A stretch of DNA of 64,000 nucleotides from Actinomycetota bacterium (GTDB lineage Bacteria > Actinomycetota > CADDZG01 > WHSQ01): contig DASQLQ010000175.1 in the NCBI GenBank assembly GCA_035629935.1, positions 3,606 to 67,605 of the forward strand. The letters run 5' to 3'. The notes beneath the pieces were generated by a model. The model made no database searches and had not been told where the DNA came from. It was given only the letters and a program-made list of their open reading frames with translations. Position numbers and translations under genes: made by a program. Shown here piece after piece: positions 37,830-46,560 of the stretch; positions within the stretch are counted from its first letter, which is position 1, and every line of letters begins with the position of its first letter.

Positions 37830-39130
37830 CTGACGCCGCCGACATGATGACCAATCTGGCCGAGCAGATGATCTCGATCGACCTCGCTCCGGAGGAGATC
37901 GACATCTTCCAACCGGGAGTGGCCGAGATGGCGCTGTTCTCGCCGATGGCGCCGAAGGTCCGGGCGAACCCATGGCCCATCTATCACGCCCTGCGCGAGC
38001 AGGACCCGATCCACTTCAGCCCATTCGGCACCTGCTTGCTCACGCGCTACGAGGATGCCGTTTCGGTCCTGCGCGACAAGCGTTTCTCCGTCGAGCACCG
38101 CAACTACGCCGAGGATCGACAGGGAACGATGATGGGCGACACGTTCGGCCCGGCCCCCAGCGAACGCGATCTATCGAACGTGATGCTGTTCATAGACCCG
38201 CCTCGGCACACCCGTTTGCGAACCTTGGTGAACAAGGCATTCACACCCCGGGTCGTCGAGCGGTTGCGAACGCGTGTGGAAGAGATCGTGGACGAGTTGC
38301 TCGACCGGGCCGAGGGCACCGGCTCGATGGACGTGATCTCGGACTTCGCCTACCCGCTGCCCGTCCAGGTGATCTGCGAGATGCTCGGGGTTCCCGCAGA
38401 GGACCAGGATCGCATCCGCGTGTGGTCCCGGAAGATCGCCCCGATCCTCGATCCGATCGTGACGGCAGAAGCGCAAGCCGGGATCGAGGAAGCCGCCGAC
38501 TATCTCGATACCTACTGGGACGAGTTGATCGAGACGCGGCGGAAAGACCTGCGAGACGATCTGTTGAGCGAGCTGATCCGAGCCGAGGACGAGGGTCACC
38601 GGCTCGACCACGCCGAGCTCCGGTCGACCTGCAACCTCGTTCTGATCGCCGGACACGAGACGACCATGAACCTGATCGGCAACGGCCTCCTCGCGTTGCT
38701 GCGGAACCCGAGCGAGAAAGACAAGCTCCGGGAGCGTCCCGAGCTCGCCCGCAGCGCGGTCGAGGAGCTCCTGCGCTTCGACTCTCCCGTTCACCTAACC
38801 GCGCGCTCGGCAAGCGAGCCTTTGGAAGTCGGCGGTGTCGAGTTCGAACGCGGGCAACTAGCCGTGATCGCGATCGGCGGTGTGAACCGCGATCCATCGC
38901 AGTTCCCCGACCCCGACAGGCTCGACATCGAACGCGACCCCAACCATCACATCGCGTTCTCCGCCGGCGCGCACTTCTGCGTCGGAGCCCAGCTTGCCCG
39001 CCTCGAAGCCCAGATCGCATTCCCGAAGTTGCTGCAGCGGTTCCCGAGCATCGAGCTGGCCGTGGAACAGCCTGAGTACCGCGAGACGATCACGTTACGG
39101 GGCCTGCAGGAACTTCCCGTCGCGTTCTGA
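37826..39130 (+). CDS. cytochrome P450
   Basis: ATGA coupling; EELLR (ExxR) and heme loop FSAGAHFCVGAQLA; ORF-track extension to 37304 lies inside the ADH gene. Confidence 0.9.
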   Translation: MTDAADMMTNLAEQMISIDLAPEEIDIFQPGVAEMALFSPMAPKVRANPWPIYHALREQDPIHFSPFGTCLLTRYEDAVSVLRDKRFSVEHRNYAEDRQGTMMGDTFGPAPSERDLSNVMLFIDPPRHTRLRTLVNKAFTPRVVERLRTRVEEIVDELLDRAEGTGSMDVISDFAYPLPVQVICEMLGVPAEDQDRIRVWSRKIAPILDPIVTAEAQAGIEEAADYLDTYWDELIETRRKDLRDDLLSELIRAEDEGHRLDHAELRSTCNLVLIAGHETTMNLIGNGLLALLRNPSEKDKLRERPELARSAVEELLRFDSPVHLTARSASEPLEVGGVEFERGQLAVIAIGGVNRDPSQFPDPDRLDIERDPNHHIAFSAGAHFCVGAQLARLEAQIAFPKLLQRFPSIELAVEQPEYRETITLRGLQELPVAF

Positions 39131-40389
39131 TGCTCGACTCTCCTCTCCAGATCGGCACCTGCACGGTCCGAAACCGGTTGTATCGCGCGCCGGTGCTGGA
39201 GGGCGCCGGCGATGGTCCCGATGCACCCGGCGTCTACGCCGAAGCATTCGAGGCCAACTCCAAGGCCGGGGTCGGACTGATCATCCAAGGCAACTCGTGC
39301 ACGACGGAGGAAGGTCGCTCCTCGCCGGGGATGACGCTCGTCAATACCCGCGCAGCAACGATGCGTTTGAAGACAGTGACGGAAGCGGTTCACCGTTGGG
39401 GGGGCCGGATCTTCCTGCAGATAGGGGGAGCCGGCATCTATGCGATGGAGGGCTGGCACGCGATCTATGCGGCCCAACGCAAGCAGCCGCTGACTGCCGT
39501 GTCTCCCCCACCGATCCACGTCCGGCCGGCTTTGCGCGGCGTGCGGGTGAAGGTCCTGACGACGGAAGACGTTCGACACCTCATCCAGACGTTCGCCGAC
39601 AGCGCTGCTTGGGCCCGCGAGGCCGGTTACGACGGGGTACAACTTGCGTCATCGAACGCGAAGCTGATCCACCAGTTCCTCTCGCCGTACTACAACAGGC
39701 GCGGTGACGAGTTCGGCGGCAGCCTGCGAAACCGGGCACGTATCCTCGAAGACATAAGCGTTGCCATCTGGCAGAAGGCCGGTGACGACTTCCCACTGAC
39801 GGTGAAGATCCCGATCGGCGAAGACGCGCCACCCCTGGCACCCAGAACCACCTTCGACGAAGGCATCCAGCTCTGCAAGATGGCCGAGGACTTCGGGTAT
39901 CAGGCGATCACGCCTGTTGGCTTATCGGTTTTCCCGCACGCATCGTTGTGTCGGGGAGCCGATCCCAAGGACATCCTCGAGGTGAAGTCGATCAAGAAGC
40001 GATTCGAGCAAGCGCTCGGCGGCTCCAAGCTCAAGCTCGCGGTTTTGCGTTGGGGATATCGCCGTGCGGCGAAGGACTATCCGTTCGAGCCGGTGTGGAA
40101 CCGTCGATACTTCACGGCCGCCAAGACTGCCGTGTCGATACCCGTCTTCGCGGTCGGCGGCATCCGGTCGCTGGACGACTGCCTCTCGGTCCTCGAACCA
40201 AACCAAGCCGACATGGTGGGGATCGGACGGCCCTTCTACGCAGAGCCCGACCTGCCCGCTCGCCTACTCGCCGGGGACCGAACTCCGGCGTTCTGCGAAT
40301 CATCGAACCGGTGCGTGCCGGCTCAGCAACTGGGGATGAAAGCCCGTTGTTACAACTCGAACGTCGCCCGTCGACTGGCGGACCATTAA
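39130..40389 (+). CDS. NADH:flavin oxidoreductase (Old Yellow Enzyme-like TIM barrel)
   Basis: 419 aa; TGATG coupling; GYDGVQLASSNAKLIHQFLSPYYNRRGDEFGGSLRNR motif. Confidence 0.85.
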   Translation: MLDSPLQIGTCTVRNRLYRAPVLEGAGDGPDAPGVYAEAFEANSKAGVGLIIQGNSCTTEEGRSSPGMTLVNTRAATMRLKTVTEAVHRWGGRIFLQIGGAGIYAMEGWHAIYAAQRKQPLTAVSPPPIHVRPALRGVRVKVLTTEDVRHLIQTFADSAAWAREAGYDGVQLASSNAKLIHQFLSPYYNRRGDEFGGSLRNRARILEDISVAIWQKAGDDFPLTVKIPIGEDAPPLAPRTTFDEGIQLCKMAEDFGYQAITPVGLSVFPHASLCRGADPKDILEVKSIKKRFEQALGGSKLKLAVLRWGYRRAAKDYPFEPVWNRRYFTAAKTAVSIPVFAVGGIRSLDDCLSVLEPNQADMVGIGRPFYAEPDLPARLLAGDRTPAFCESSNRCVPAQQLGMKARCYNSNVARRLADH

Positions 40390-40522
40390 CTAGTCCGAAA
40401 AAATAGTCCGAATCTCTTGCGCACATGGACATGGGTAATCATCCCGCTGTCCTAAAGTCCCGCCCTTAGGTGCCGACGTAACAACAAGCAAATGTCGCCA
40501 ACCCGACACTCTGGGAGGAACA

Positions 40523-40963
40523 ATGAAGTCGTTTTTCGCTAGAACCACGCCCGTGATCCTTTGCCTGTCCCTCATGGCATCCCCTGCGCTGGCTCGCACT
40601 GCCGAAGAGCCGGTCGCCGACGGCGAGGTAGCTCCGGCCAGCATCGCCGTGGACTCCTTCGTAGAGGCCGCCTACACGAACAACCTGCTCGAGGGCCGGG
40701 TCTTCGTGACCGAGGTCAACGAGAGCAACCGGATGTGTGCCGCCTTCCGCCGCGTCAACCTGGTGCAGTCCACCAAGACCAAGCGCGGGTGGAAGAACAA
40801 GGTCGCCGGCTGGGACGCATCCACGGCAACCGGAGCCTTCAAGTTCCGTGTATCGAAGGGTTTCTGGACGGTCAAGGTCCCTGCCCACTCCTACGAAAAC
40901 AACGACGGCACCGAGGTGCAGTGCAAGGCCGTCAAGCTGACCAAGCGCATCAAAGTCTCGTAA
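40523..40963 (+). CDS. hypothetical small secreted protein
   Basis: 146 aa; GGGAGG RBS; Sec signal peptide ending ALA-RT; no recognisable family. Confidence 0.5.
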   Translation: MKSFFARTTPVILCLSLMASPALARTAEEPVADGEVAPASIAVDSFVEAAYTNNLLEGRVFVTEVNESNRMCAAFRRVNLVQSTKTKRGWKNKVAGWDASTATGAFKFRVSKGFWTVKVPAHSYENNDGTEVQCKAVKLTKRIKVS

Positions 40964-40975
40964 AGCAGTACCTCT

Positions 40976-42490
40976 CTATAGGAGCTTGCGCAGCTCCTTA
41001 CGGTCGATCTTGAAGACCGGGGTCAGGGGCACGTTGTCGACGACATGAACCTCGCGTGGGTACTTGTACTTGCCCAGCTTGGTCTTGGCGAACTCAACGA
41101 GTTCCTCCCCGGTCACTTCTTGTCCCGGGTTGAGCTGAACGAACCCAACAACCTCTTCTCCCTTGACCGGATCGGGTTTGCCGACGACCCCCGCTATGGC
41201 CACCGAAGGATGCTGAACGAGCACATCCTCGATGTCGCGGGGATAGACGTTGAAGCCTCCGCGAATGATCAGGTCCTTCTTGCGATCGAGGATGTATAGG
41301 TAGCCCTCACTGTCGAGCTTTCCGATGTCCCCGGTGTAGAACCAGCCGTCCTTGATCGCCTCGGCCGTGGCGTCTTCCGACTTCCAGTAGCCCTGCATGA
41401 CCATCGGGGACCGACAGATGATCTCGCCTTCCTCGCCGGTTGCCAGGTCCTTGCCTTCGTCATCGACGATGCGGACCTCGGAACCGGGTACGAGCTTTCC
41501 GACCGAGCCGAGCTTGCGCTCACCCGGCGGCGTCGTCGATACCAACGCAGTGGTTTCCGTCAGTCCATAGCCCTCACGGATCTGTGCACTCGGGACGCGA
41601 CGCTCGAATTCGTGCACGACGTCGGCAGCCAGAGGCGAGGCGCCGGAAACGACAAACTGCAACGAGGAGAGGTCGTGATCCTCGAGCGGAAGCGCCAGGA
41701 GCATCTGGAGCATCGAAGGAACGACGGCAGCGAGTTGCAGCTTGTGCTCCTCGATTAGCTCGAGGAAGTTCGGCCCGTCGAACCAGCGTTGTATGGCGGC
41801 GACGCCTTGCTCTTCGCCATGCAATCCGACGGCCGTCACCAACAATCCATACGAGTGCGACAACGGCAGTGGAACCAGGTTGCGGTTGATGCCTTCACGG
41901 TGACTCGCATCGTGTCCGGCCTTGCCCGCGCGCCATAGGTTCTCGTGACTGATCATCACGCCCTTCGCTCGCCCGGTCGTTCCGCCGGTGTACATGAGAG
42001 CGGCAAGATCGGAATCCTCCCGGGGGACGATGTCCCCAGGTCCCGCGTTTTCGAGAGAGTTGAGCGACATGATCCCGTTACTCTCTTCACCGACGCACAG
42101 GATCCACTTCAACGTGTCGATGCCTTCCGCTGCCGTCTTCACCGTCTCGAGGAACTCGGGGGTGGTGATGATCGCTCTCGCTCCAGAGTGTTCGAGGATG
42201 TGCCGCAGGTCGTCTGCCTGGAGCAAGAAGATCGCCGGGGTGATCACGGCACCGGCGCGCCACAACGCGGTGTAGCAGATCCCGACCTCCGGGCAGTTCG
42301 ACATCATCACGACCACCCGGTCGTTGGGCTCGATCCCCAGCTCTACGAAGCCTCGGGACATCCGCGCAGACCGATCCCTGAGCTGCCCGGTCGAATGCCA
42401 CTGTCCTTCGAAGAACAGAGCCTGATGATCACCGTTGCGTTCGAAGGCCCGCTCCGACAGCACTGCCAGGTTGTGCTCGCCGAGTCCCAT
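40976..42490 (-). CDS. fadD: long-chain fatty acid-CoA ligase (AMP-dependent synthetase)
   Basis: Start moved to MGLGEHN (ATG 42490, GGGAGGG RBS); YTGGTTGRAKGV, GYGLTE, TGDIGKLDSEGYLYILDRKKD motifs. Confidence 0.9.
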   Translation of the reverse strand: MGLGEHNLAVLSERAFERNGDHQALFFEGQWHSTGQLRDRSARMSRGFVELGIEPNDRVVVMMSNCPEVGICYTALWRAGAVITPAIFLLQADDLRHILEHSGARAIITTPEFLETVKTAAEGIDTLKWILCVGEESNGIMSLNSLENAGPGDIVPREDSDLAALMYTGGTTGRAKGVMISHENLWRAGKAGHDASHREGINRNLVPLPLSHSYGLLVTAVGLHGEEQGVAAIQRWFDGPNFLELIEEHKLQLAAVVPSMLQMLLALPLEDHDLSSLQFVVSGASPLAADVVHEFERRVPSAQIREGYGLTETTALVSTTPPGERKLGSVGKLVPGSEVRIVDDEGKDLATGEEGEIICRSPMVMQGYWKSEDATAEAIKDGWFYTGDIGKLDSEGYLYILDRKKDLIIRGGFNVYPRDIEDVLVQHPSVAIAGVVGKPDPVKGEEVVGFVQLNPGQEVTGEELVEFAKTKLGKYKYPREVHVVDNVPLTPVFKIDRKELRKLL

Positions 42491-42554
42491 GAGAATCCCT
42501 CCCCGATTTAGCCTCTGTGCCGAGATTCTAGGCATTTCAACCAAGGAGGACCTC

Positions 42555-42965
42555 TTGACCAATCTTCGTCTCGATCACGTTGCCGTAGCGGTGCACGCCA
42601 TCGACCCGGCCCTCAAGCTTTTCCGGGACGCACTGGGGGCCGAGTACCTGAGCGACGGCCCCATCGATGCGGGCGATGACCGGGGCAGCTGGCGCTGGTA
42701 TCAGATGAGGCTTCCGGGTGGAGGGAAGATCGAGCTACTCGAGCCCATCACGGACGGCTTCCTCACGAAGTTCCTGGCACAGAGGGGCGAAGGCCTCCAC
42801 CACATCACCCTCAAGACCGACGACATCCGGGCATCCATCGAGCGAGTTCGCTCCTACGGCTTCGAGCTAGTCGACGTGAACCTCGAGAGTCCGCATTGGA
42901 AGGAAGCCTTTTTGCGTCCCAGCCAAGCGCACGGAACGTTGATCCAGTTGGCACAATCCACCTAG
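42555..42965 (+). CDS. VOC/glyoxalase family protein (methylmalonyl-CoA epimerase-like)
   Basis: TTG start 6 nt after AAGGAGG; LDHVAVAV and GEGLHHITL metal-binding motifs. Confidence 0.65.
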   Translation: MTNLRLDHVAVAVHAIDPALKLFRDALGAEYLSDGPIDAGDDRGSWRWYQMRLPGGGKIELLEPITDGFLTKFLAQRGEGLHHITLKTDDIRASIERVRSYGFELVDVNLESPHWKEAFLRPSQAHGTLIQLAQST

Positions 42966-43996
42966 GGGCGGGCCGCGACCCTGACTTCGAGCTTCACGTC
43001 ACGGTCGGGGGCGTGCACGTTGCAGGCGACGACGATCTCGGTGTAGCGCGGGCGCTCGGTTCCACACTCCGGTGGCGCTAAGCCCTGGCCGTCTTCCTTG
43101 GGTAGGAACTGCAGCCCCGCCTCGCCGTTGACCGGACCTTCATCGCCCACGTAGAGGTGGTAGCCGTTGCCGGGGTCGCCGGCCGCTCCCTTGTGCGCGG
43201 AGTCACGAACACGGCTTCGTCCCGAGACCGCCTCAGCGACACCGGGGCCCGAAGCCGGTCTGTCCTCAACCGCAAACCGCGGTGCGAACGAACGGCTCTC
43301 GCTCCCGGAGGTTTCTCCCTCTGAGGACGGAGCTGTGGTCGCTTGCAACGGAACCATCAGAACCGCAACAACTCCGCAGAAAGCGACGACCGCGCCGGCT
43401 GGTAGCTCGGCTGGGATCGCGTGCCGCCGGACGCCCGAGGACACGCGCCAGCCGAACCGCCGAAGCTCGAACCCCATTACAAAGATCCCGGCGGACGCGC
43501 TCTCCATAAGTGCCGTCAGCTTGCGACGGGCTCGCATGCGCAGCATCTTCAAAGCGTCACCGCTGGAGATGGCCGGTTCGGGCCCACCGATCTCGGCTAG
43601 CAACACGGAACGCTGACTGGACTTAAGGCGAGGCAACAGGCGATAAACACGGCCGAGCTCTTCCCGCGCGATCCCGGATCGTTCCACGTCGTGGCTACCG
43701 GGCACATCCGGGATAAGGCCAAGCACCTCGCCGGGAGCCTTGCGATGCTGCTCGTCCCATAGGAGATTGTGCGCGATCGTCAGAGCAAGGCCGCTGGGAG
43801 AACGTTGGACGTCGACCTGATCCCACATCCGAAACAACCGCAGCGCTGTCTCCTGAATGATGTCGTCTCGCACCCAGGAGGACGCGCCTCGCGCGGTCAA
43901 TGAATTCCGAACACGGCGCGACAGCTCCGGCCACTCTTCCTCGAACGAGCGGTCGGACCCCATCCCGTCATCACGTCTAGTCATGAGTTCAGTCAT
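42962..43996 (-). CDS. ECF-like sigma-70 family protein fused to a TM helix and an extracytoplasmic C-terminal domain
   Basis: Region 2-like DDIIQETALRLFRMW, region 4-like LKMLRMRARRKL, then TM (AVVAFCGVVAVLMV) and about 140 aa of unknown domain; start ATG 43996 (43984 possible). Confidence 0.55.
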   Translation of the reverse strand: MTELMTRRDDGMGSDRSFEEEWPELSRRVRNSLTARGASSWVRDDIIQETALRLFRMWDQVDVQRSPSGLALTIAHNLLWDEQHRKAPGEVLGLIPDVPGSHDVERSGIAREELGRVYRLLPRLKSSQRSVLLAEIGGPEPAISSGDALKMLRMRARRKLTALMESASAGIFVMGFELRRFGWRVSSGVRRHAIPAELPAGAVVAFCGVVAVLMVPLQATTAPSSEGETSGSESRSFAPRFAVEDRPASGPGVAEAVSGRSRVRDSAHKGAAGDPGNGYHLYVGDEGPVNGEAGLQFLPKEDGQGLAPPECGTERPRYTEIVVACNVHAPDRDVKLEVRVAARP

Positions 43997-44096
43997 CCGC
44001 TTCAGCCACAAGTACGTCACTCGGGCTAACTGGTAACGCAGAGGGCTCGAAGATCCCGATTCCGTTACCGGGGGCCGGGCCAGAAGTAATAGAGGC

Positions 44097-44468
44097 ATGC
44101 AGACAGAACCGGAAGTCACAGCACACGTAGAGACAGACGTACAGGGGCCAGAAGGCTGGCTATTCCTCCGACCCAGCGCGGTGCCCGAGCGGTGGCGCAG
44201 CCGAGCGATCCCCATGTCATTCGTCCCTTTGTTGCCGGAAGAGGCCGCTGCTCTAACGGCAGGAGACGACGCTCAACAAGCTCCGCAGCAGCCCGGAGGG
44301 GAAGAGTTCCTCAAGCTCGTCGCCCGAGGTCTCTCCGCCCGGGTGATCGCGAGACAGTTGGGCATCTCCCCCCGGAGCGTTCATCGAAGAACCGCGCGGT
44401 TGAGAGACAGCCTCGGGGTCGGTTCGACCGCAGAGCTCGCGGCCGAGCTATCGAGACGGGGGTTCTGA
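44097..44468 (+). CDS. LuxR-type HTH DNA-binding protein (no receiver domain)
   Basis: C-terminal LKLVARGLSARVIARQLGISPRSVHRRTARLRDSLGV; start uncertain (ATG 44097 or 44214). Confidence 0.6.
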   Translation: MQTEPEVTAHVETDVQGPEGWLFLRPSAVPERWRSRAIPMSFVPLLPEEAAALTAGDDAQQAPQQPGGEEFLKLVARGLSARVIARQLGISPRSVHRRTARLRDSLGVGSTAELAAELSRRGF

Positions 44469-44500
44469 TTTTCAGACGGCTAGGAAAGGAAGTGAGCAGC

Positions 44501-45706
44501 ATGGGGACCAGACGATTCACGGCGGTAGCGGCGGGGCTGATGTTGATCCAGACGATGTTCGCTCCGAGTGCGTTCGGAGCCACCCTTTGCGGCGGCCAGA
44601 ACACGACGGTAGAGGGCACGGACGACGCGGACACCCTCGAGGGGACAGAAGGCGACGATGTGATCGCGGCCCTTGGTGGGGACGACGTGATCAACGGCAA
44701 CGGCGGTAACGACATCCTGTGCGGGGATGCAGGTGCAGACACTCTCAGGGGCGGGGCGGGCGACGACCTGCTGCTCGGAGGTGATGGTGACGATTCCACC
44801 TCGACCTTCGTGAACGTGAACGTTGGCGGCGAGCCGATGGGCATCGATCTCGAAACAGGTGGCCTCGCCGGCGGCAAGGGAAACGACAAGCTCATGGGCG
44901 GCGCGGGGGACGACTCCCACTTCGGCCAAGCTGGTACCGACACGCTTCAAGGTGACGGTGGCGGCGACTACTACGAAGGCGGAAAGGGCAACGACACCCT
45001 CACCGATGACGCCGGCGAAGACGGCATGTGGGGAAACGCGGGTAACGACTCTCTACTCGCGGGGGCCGAAGACGATCACCTCAACGGTGGTGCGGGTAAC
45101 GACAGCTTGAATGCAGGTGCCGGCGAGAACGATGTTTACGGCGAAGACGGACGCGACGCCATCACGAGTGGTGATCAAGGTGATTACATCAACGGTGGCA
45201 AGGGCAACGACCGGATCGATGCGGCCGGAGGCGAGAACACGCTCCTAGGAGCGGCCGGAACCGACTCGATCACAGCCGGAAGCGCCGACGACTACATCAA
45301 CGGTGGCGGAGGAGCCGACCTTCTGAATGCCGGTAACGGCGAGAACTCTGTTTACGGAGAAGGCGGGAAAGACGTCATGAGTGCCGGCTCGGCGGGCGAC
45401 TTCATGAGCGGCGGTGGCAGTGGCGACCGGATCGAGGCTGGGGCCGGCGAGAACAGTCTTCACGGTGGCAATGGCAATGACGAGATCGAGGCAGCCAACG
45501 GCCCCGATTTCCTGTACGGCGAGGGTGGGTCCGACATCATCCGGGCCGCGGGGGGCAACGACAACCTTTACGGAGGGGATGGGAACGACAACCTCTACGG
45601 AGAGGCCGGTGACGACCGCATCGATGGAGGCGGAGGGAAGAACCTGGCGGACGGCGGCAATGGCAACGACGAATGCAACAACGTCGCTACCGCTAAGAAC
45701 TGCTGA
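44501..45706 (+). CDS. secreted hemolysin-type (RTX-like) calcium-binding repeat protein
   Basis: Signal peptide; more than 20 GGxGxD nonapeptide repeats (GGDDVINGNGGNDILCGDAGADTLRGGAGDD...). Confidence 0.8.
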   Translation: MGTRRFTAVAAGLMLIQTMFAPSAFGATLCGGQNTTVEGTDDADTLEGTEGDDVIAALGGDDVINGNGGNDILCGDAGADTLRGGAGDDLLLGGDGDDSTSTFVNVNVGGEPMGIDLETGGLAGGKGNDKLMGGAGDDSHFGQAGTDTLQGDGGGDYYEGGKGNDTLTDDAGEDGMWGNAGNDSLLAGAEDDHLNGGAGNDSLNAGAGENDVYGEDGRDAITSGDQGDYINGGKGNDRIDAAGGENTLLGAAGTDSITAGSADDYINGGGGADLLNAGNGENSVYGEGGKDVMSAGSAGDFMSGGGSGDRIEAGAGENSLHGGNGNDEIEAANGPDFLYGEGGSDIIRAAGGNDNLYGGDGNDNLYGEAGDDRIDGGGGKNLADGGNGNDECNNVATAKNC

Positions 45707-45713
45707 GGGATCT

Positions 45714-45755
45714 GGCATGGCCGCCGGCGGGAACAAAATAAGCTGCGGCCATGCC
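45714..45755 (+). other. 11-bp perfect inverted repeat spanning the RTX-like/hydrolase junction
   Basis: GGCATGGCCGC-N20-GCGGCCATGCC; the right arm contains hydrolase start codon ATG 45751. Confidence 0.6.
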
Positions 45756-46560
45756 CCACTTCAGTTATGACGGGTTCAAGATTGCCTTCGAGCAACGCGG
45801 GCGTAAACAGGGAGCCGCCGAGCGCCCGATAGTCCTGATCCACGGGCTCCTGCTCCCCCGGACCCATCACTATCCCCTCGCCGATGCCCTGGCCGACCGC
45901 GGAAACAGGGTGATCCTCGTCGACCTCTTGGGCCACGGCGACAGCGACGCTCCGAACCACTCCCGCTTCTATTCGATGGAGATCTTCGGTCGCCAGGTGA
46001 TCGGTCTCCTCGATCATCTCGACATCTCGGAGGCCGTGATCGGCGGTACCTCTCTGGGGGCCAACGTCACGCTCGAGGCCGCGGGTCACGCGCCCGATCG
46101 ATGCAGGGCGATGTTCCTCGAGATGCCGGTTCTGGAACGGGCTGCCCCTGCGGCCGGCGCTATGTTCCTCCCTCTAACGATCGCTTACTCACAAGCAGCA
46201 CCTGTCTTCCAGTACACGTCTGCTTTCTTGCGCCGCCTCCCCAGAGGACTGTCTCTGTACGCAGACGTCGTACTAGACGTGTTGTCGCGCGACCCGGTTC
46301 CATCAGCCGCGATCCTGCACGGGCTGTTGACCGGCCGCATGGCTCCGCATCCGACCGAGCGCGAGAAGATGGAAGCTCCCACGCTGATCATGGGCCACAA
46401 CAGGGACCTTCTTCACCCATTCTCGGATGCAGAGGCTCTCGCACGCGAACTGCCGAACTCAGAGCTGATCCAATCGACGTCCTTCTTCGAGCTTCGCTTT
46501 CCTCCGAACCGTTTGTCGGACCTCATCTGTGAGTTCCTCGATGAAACGTGGGCCAGCTGA
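45751..46560 (+). CDS. alpha/beta hydrolase
   Basis: 269 aa; HGLLL oxyanion region, GTSLGA nucleophile elbow. Confidence 0.8.
   Translation: MPHFSYDGFKIAFEQRGRKQGAAERPIVLIHGLLLPRTHHYPLADALADRGNRVILVDLLGHGDSDAPNHSRFYSMEIFGRQVIGLLDHLDISEAVIGGTSLGANVTLEAAGHAPDRCRAMFLEMPVLERAAPAAGAMFLPLTIAYSQAAPVFQYTSAFLRRLPRGLSLYADVVLDVLSRDPVPSAAILHGLLTGRMAPHPTEREKMEAPTLIMGHNRDLLHPFSDAEALARELPNSELIQSTSFFELRFPPNRLSDLICEFLDETWAS

Noticed and set aside
37972-39075. 367-aa plus-strand ORF and the 259-aa minus-strand ORF (38241..39020) overlapping the P450 gene
   Set aside because: Arg/Pro/Ala-rich shadow frames. The P450 frame carries ExxR and the Cys heme-loop motifs.
40971-40984. Fourth copy of the CCTCT-TATAGGAG motif, between the convergent small secreted gene and fadD
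   Set aside because: It overlaps the fadD stop codon and last codons, sits between two 3' ends rather than in a promoter, and an 8-mer like TATAGGAG is expected about once or twice by chance in 128 kb of both strands. Probably coincidental.
40976-41000. Inverted repeat GGAGCT-TGCGC-AGCTCC as a terminator
   Set aside because: It lies inside the fadD coding sequence (…KELRKLL*) and has no T-tract. Weak evidence.
43997-44215. 73-codon N-terminal extension of the sigma-like ORF
   Set aside because: It overlaps the divergent LuxR-type gene and promoter region and has no sigma-like sequence. MTELMTRR... at 43996 is a better start.
44311-45736. Minus-strand ORFs (44311..44943, 44480..44950, 45245..45736) and apparent DNA periodicity across the RTX-like gene
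   Set aside because: The periodicity comes from the coding GGxGxD nonapeptide repeats. It is not an independent non-coding repeat, and the antisense ORFs are shadow frames.
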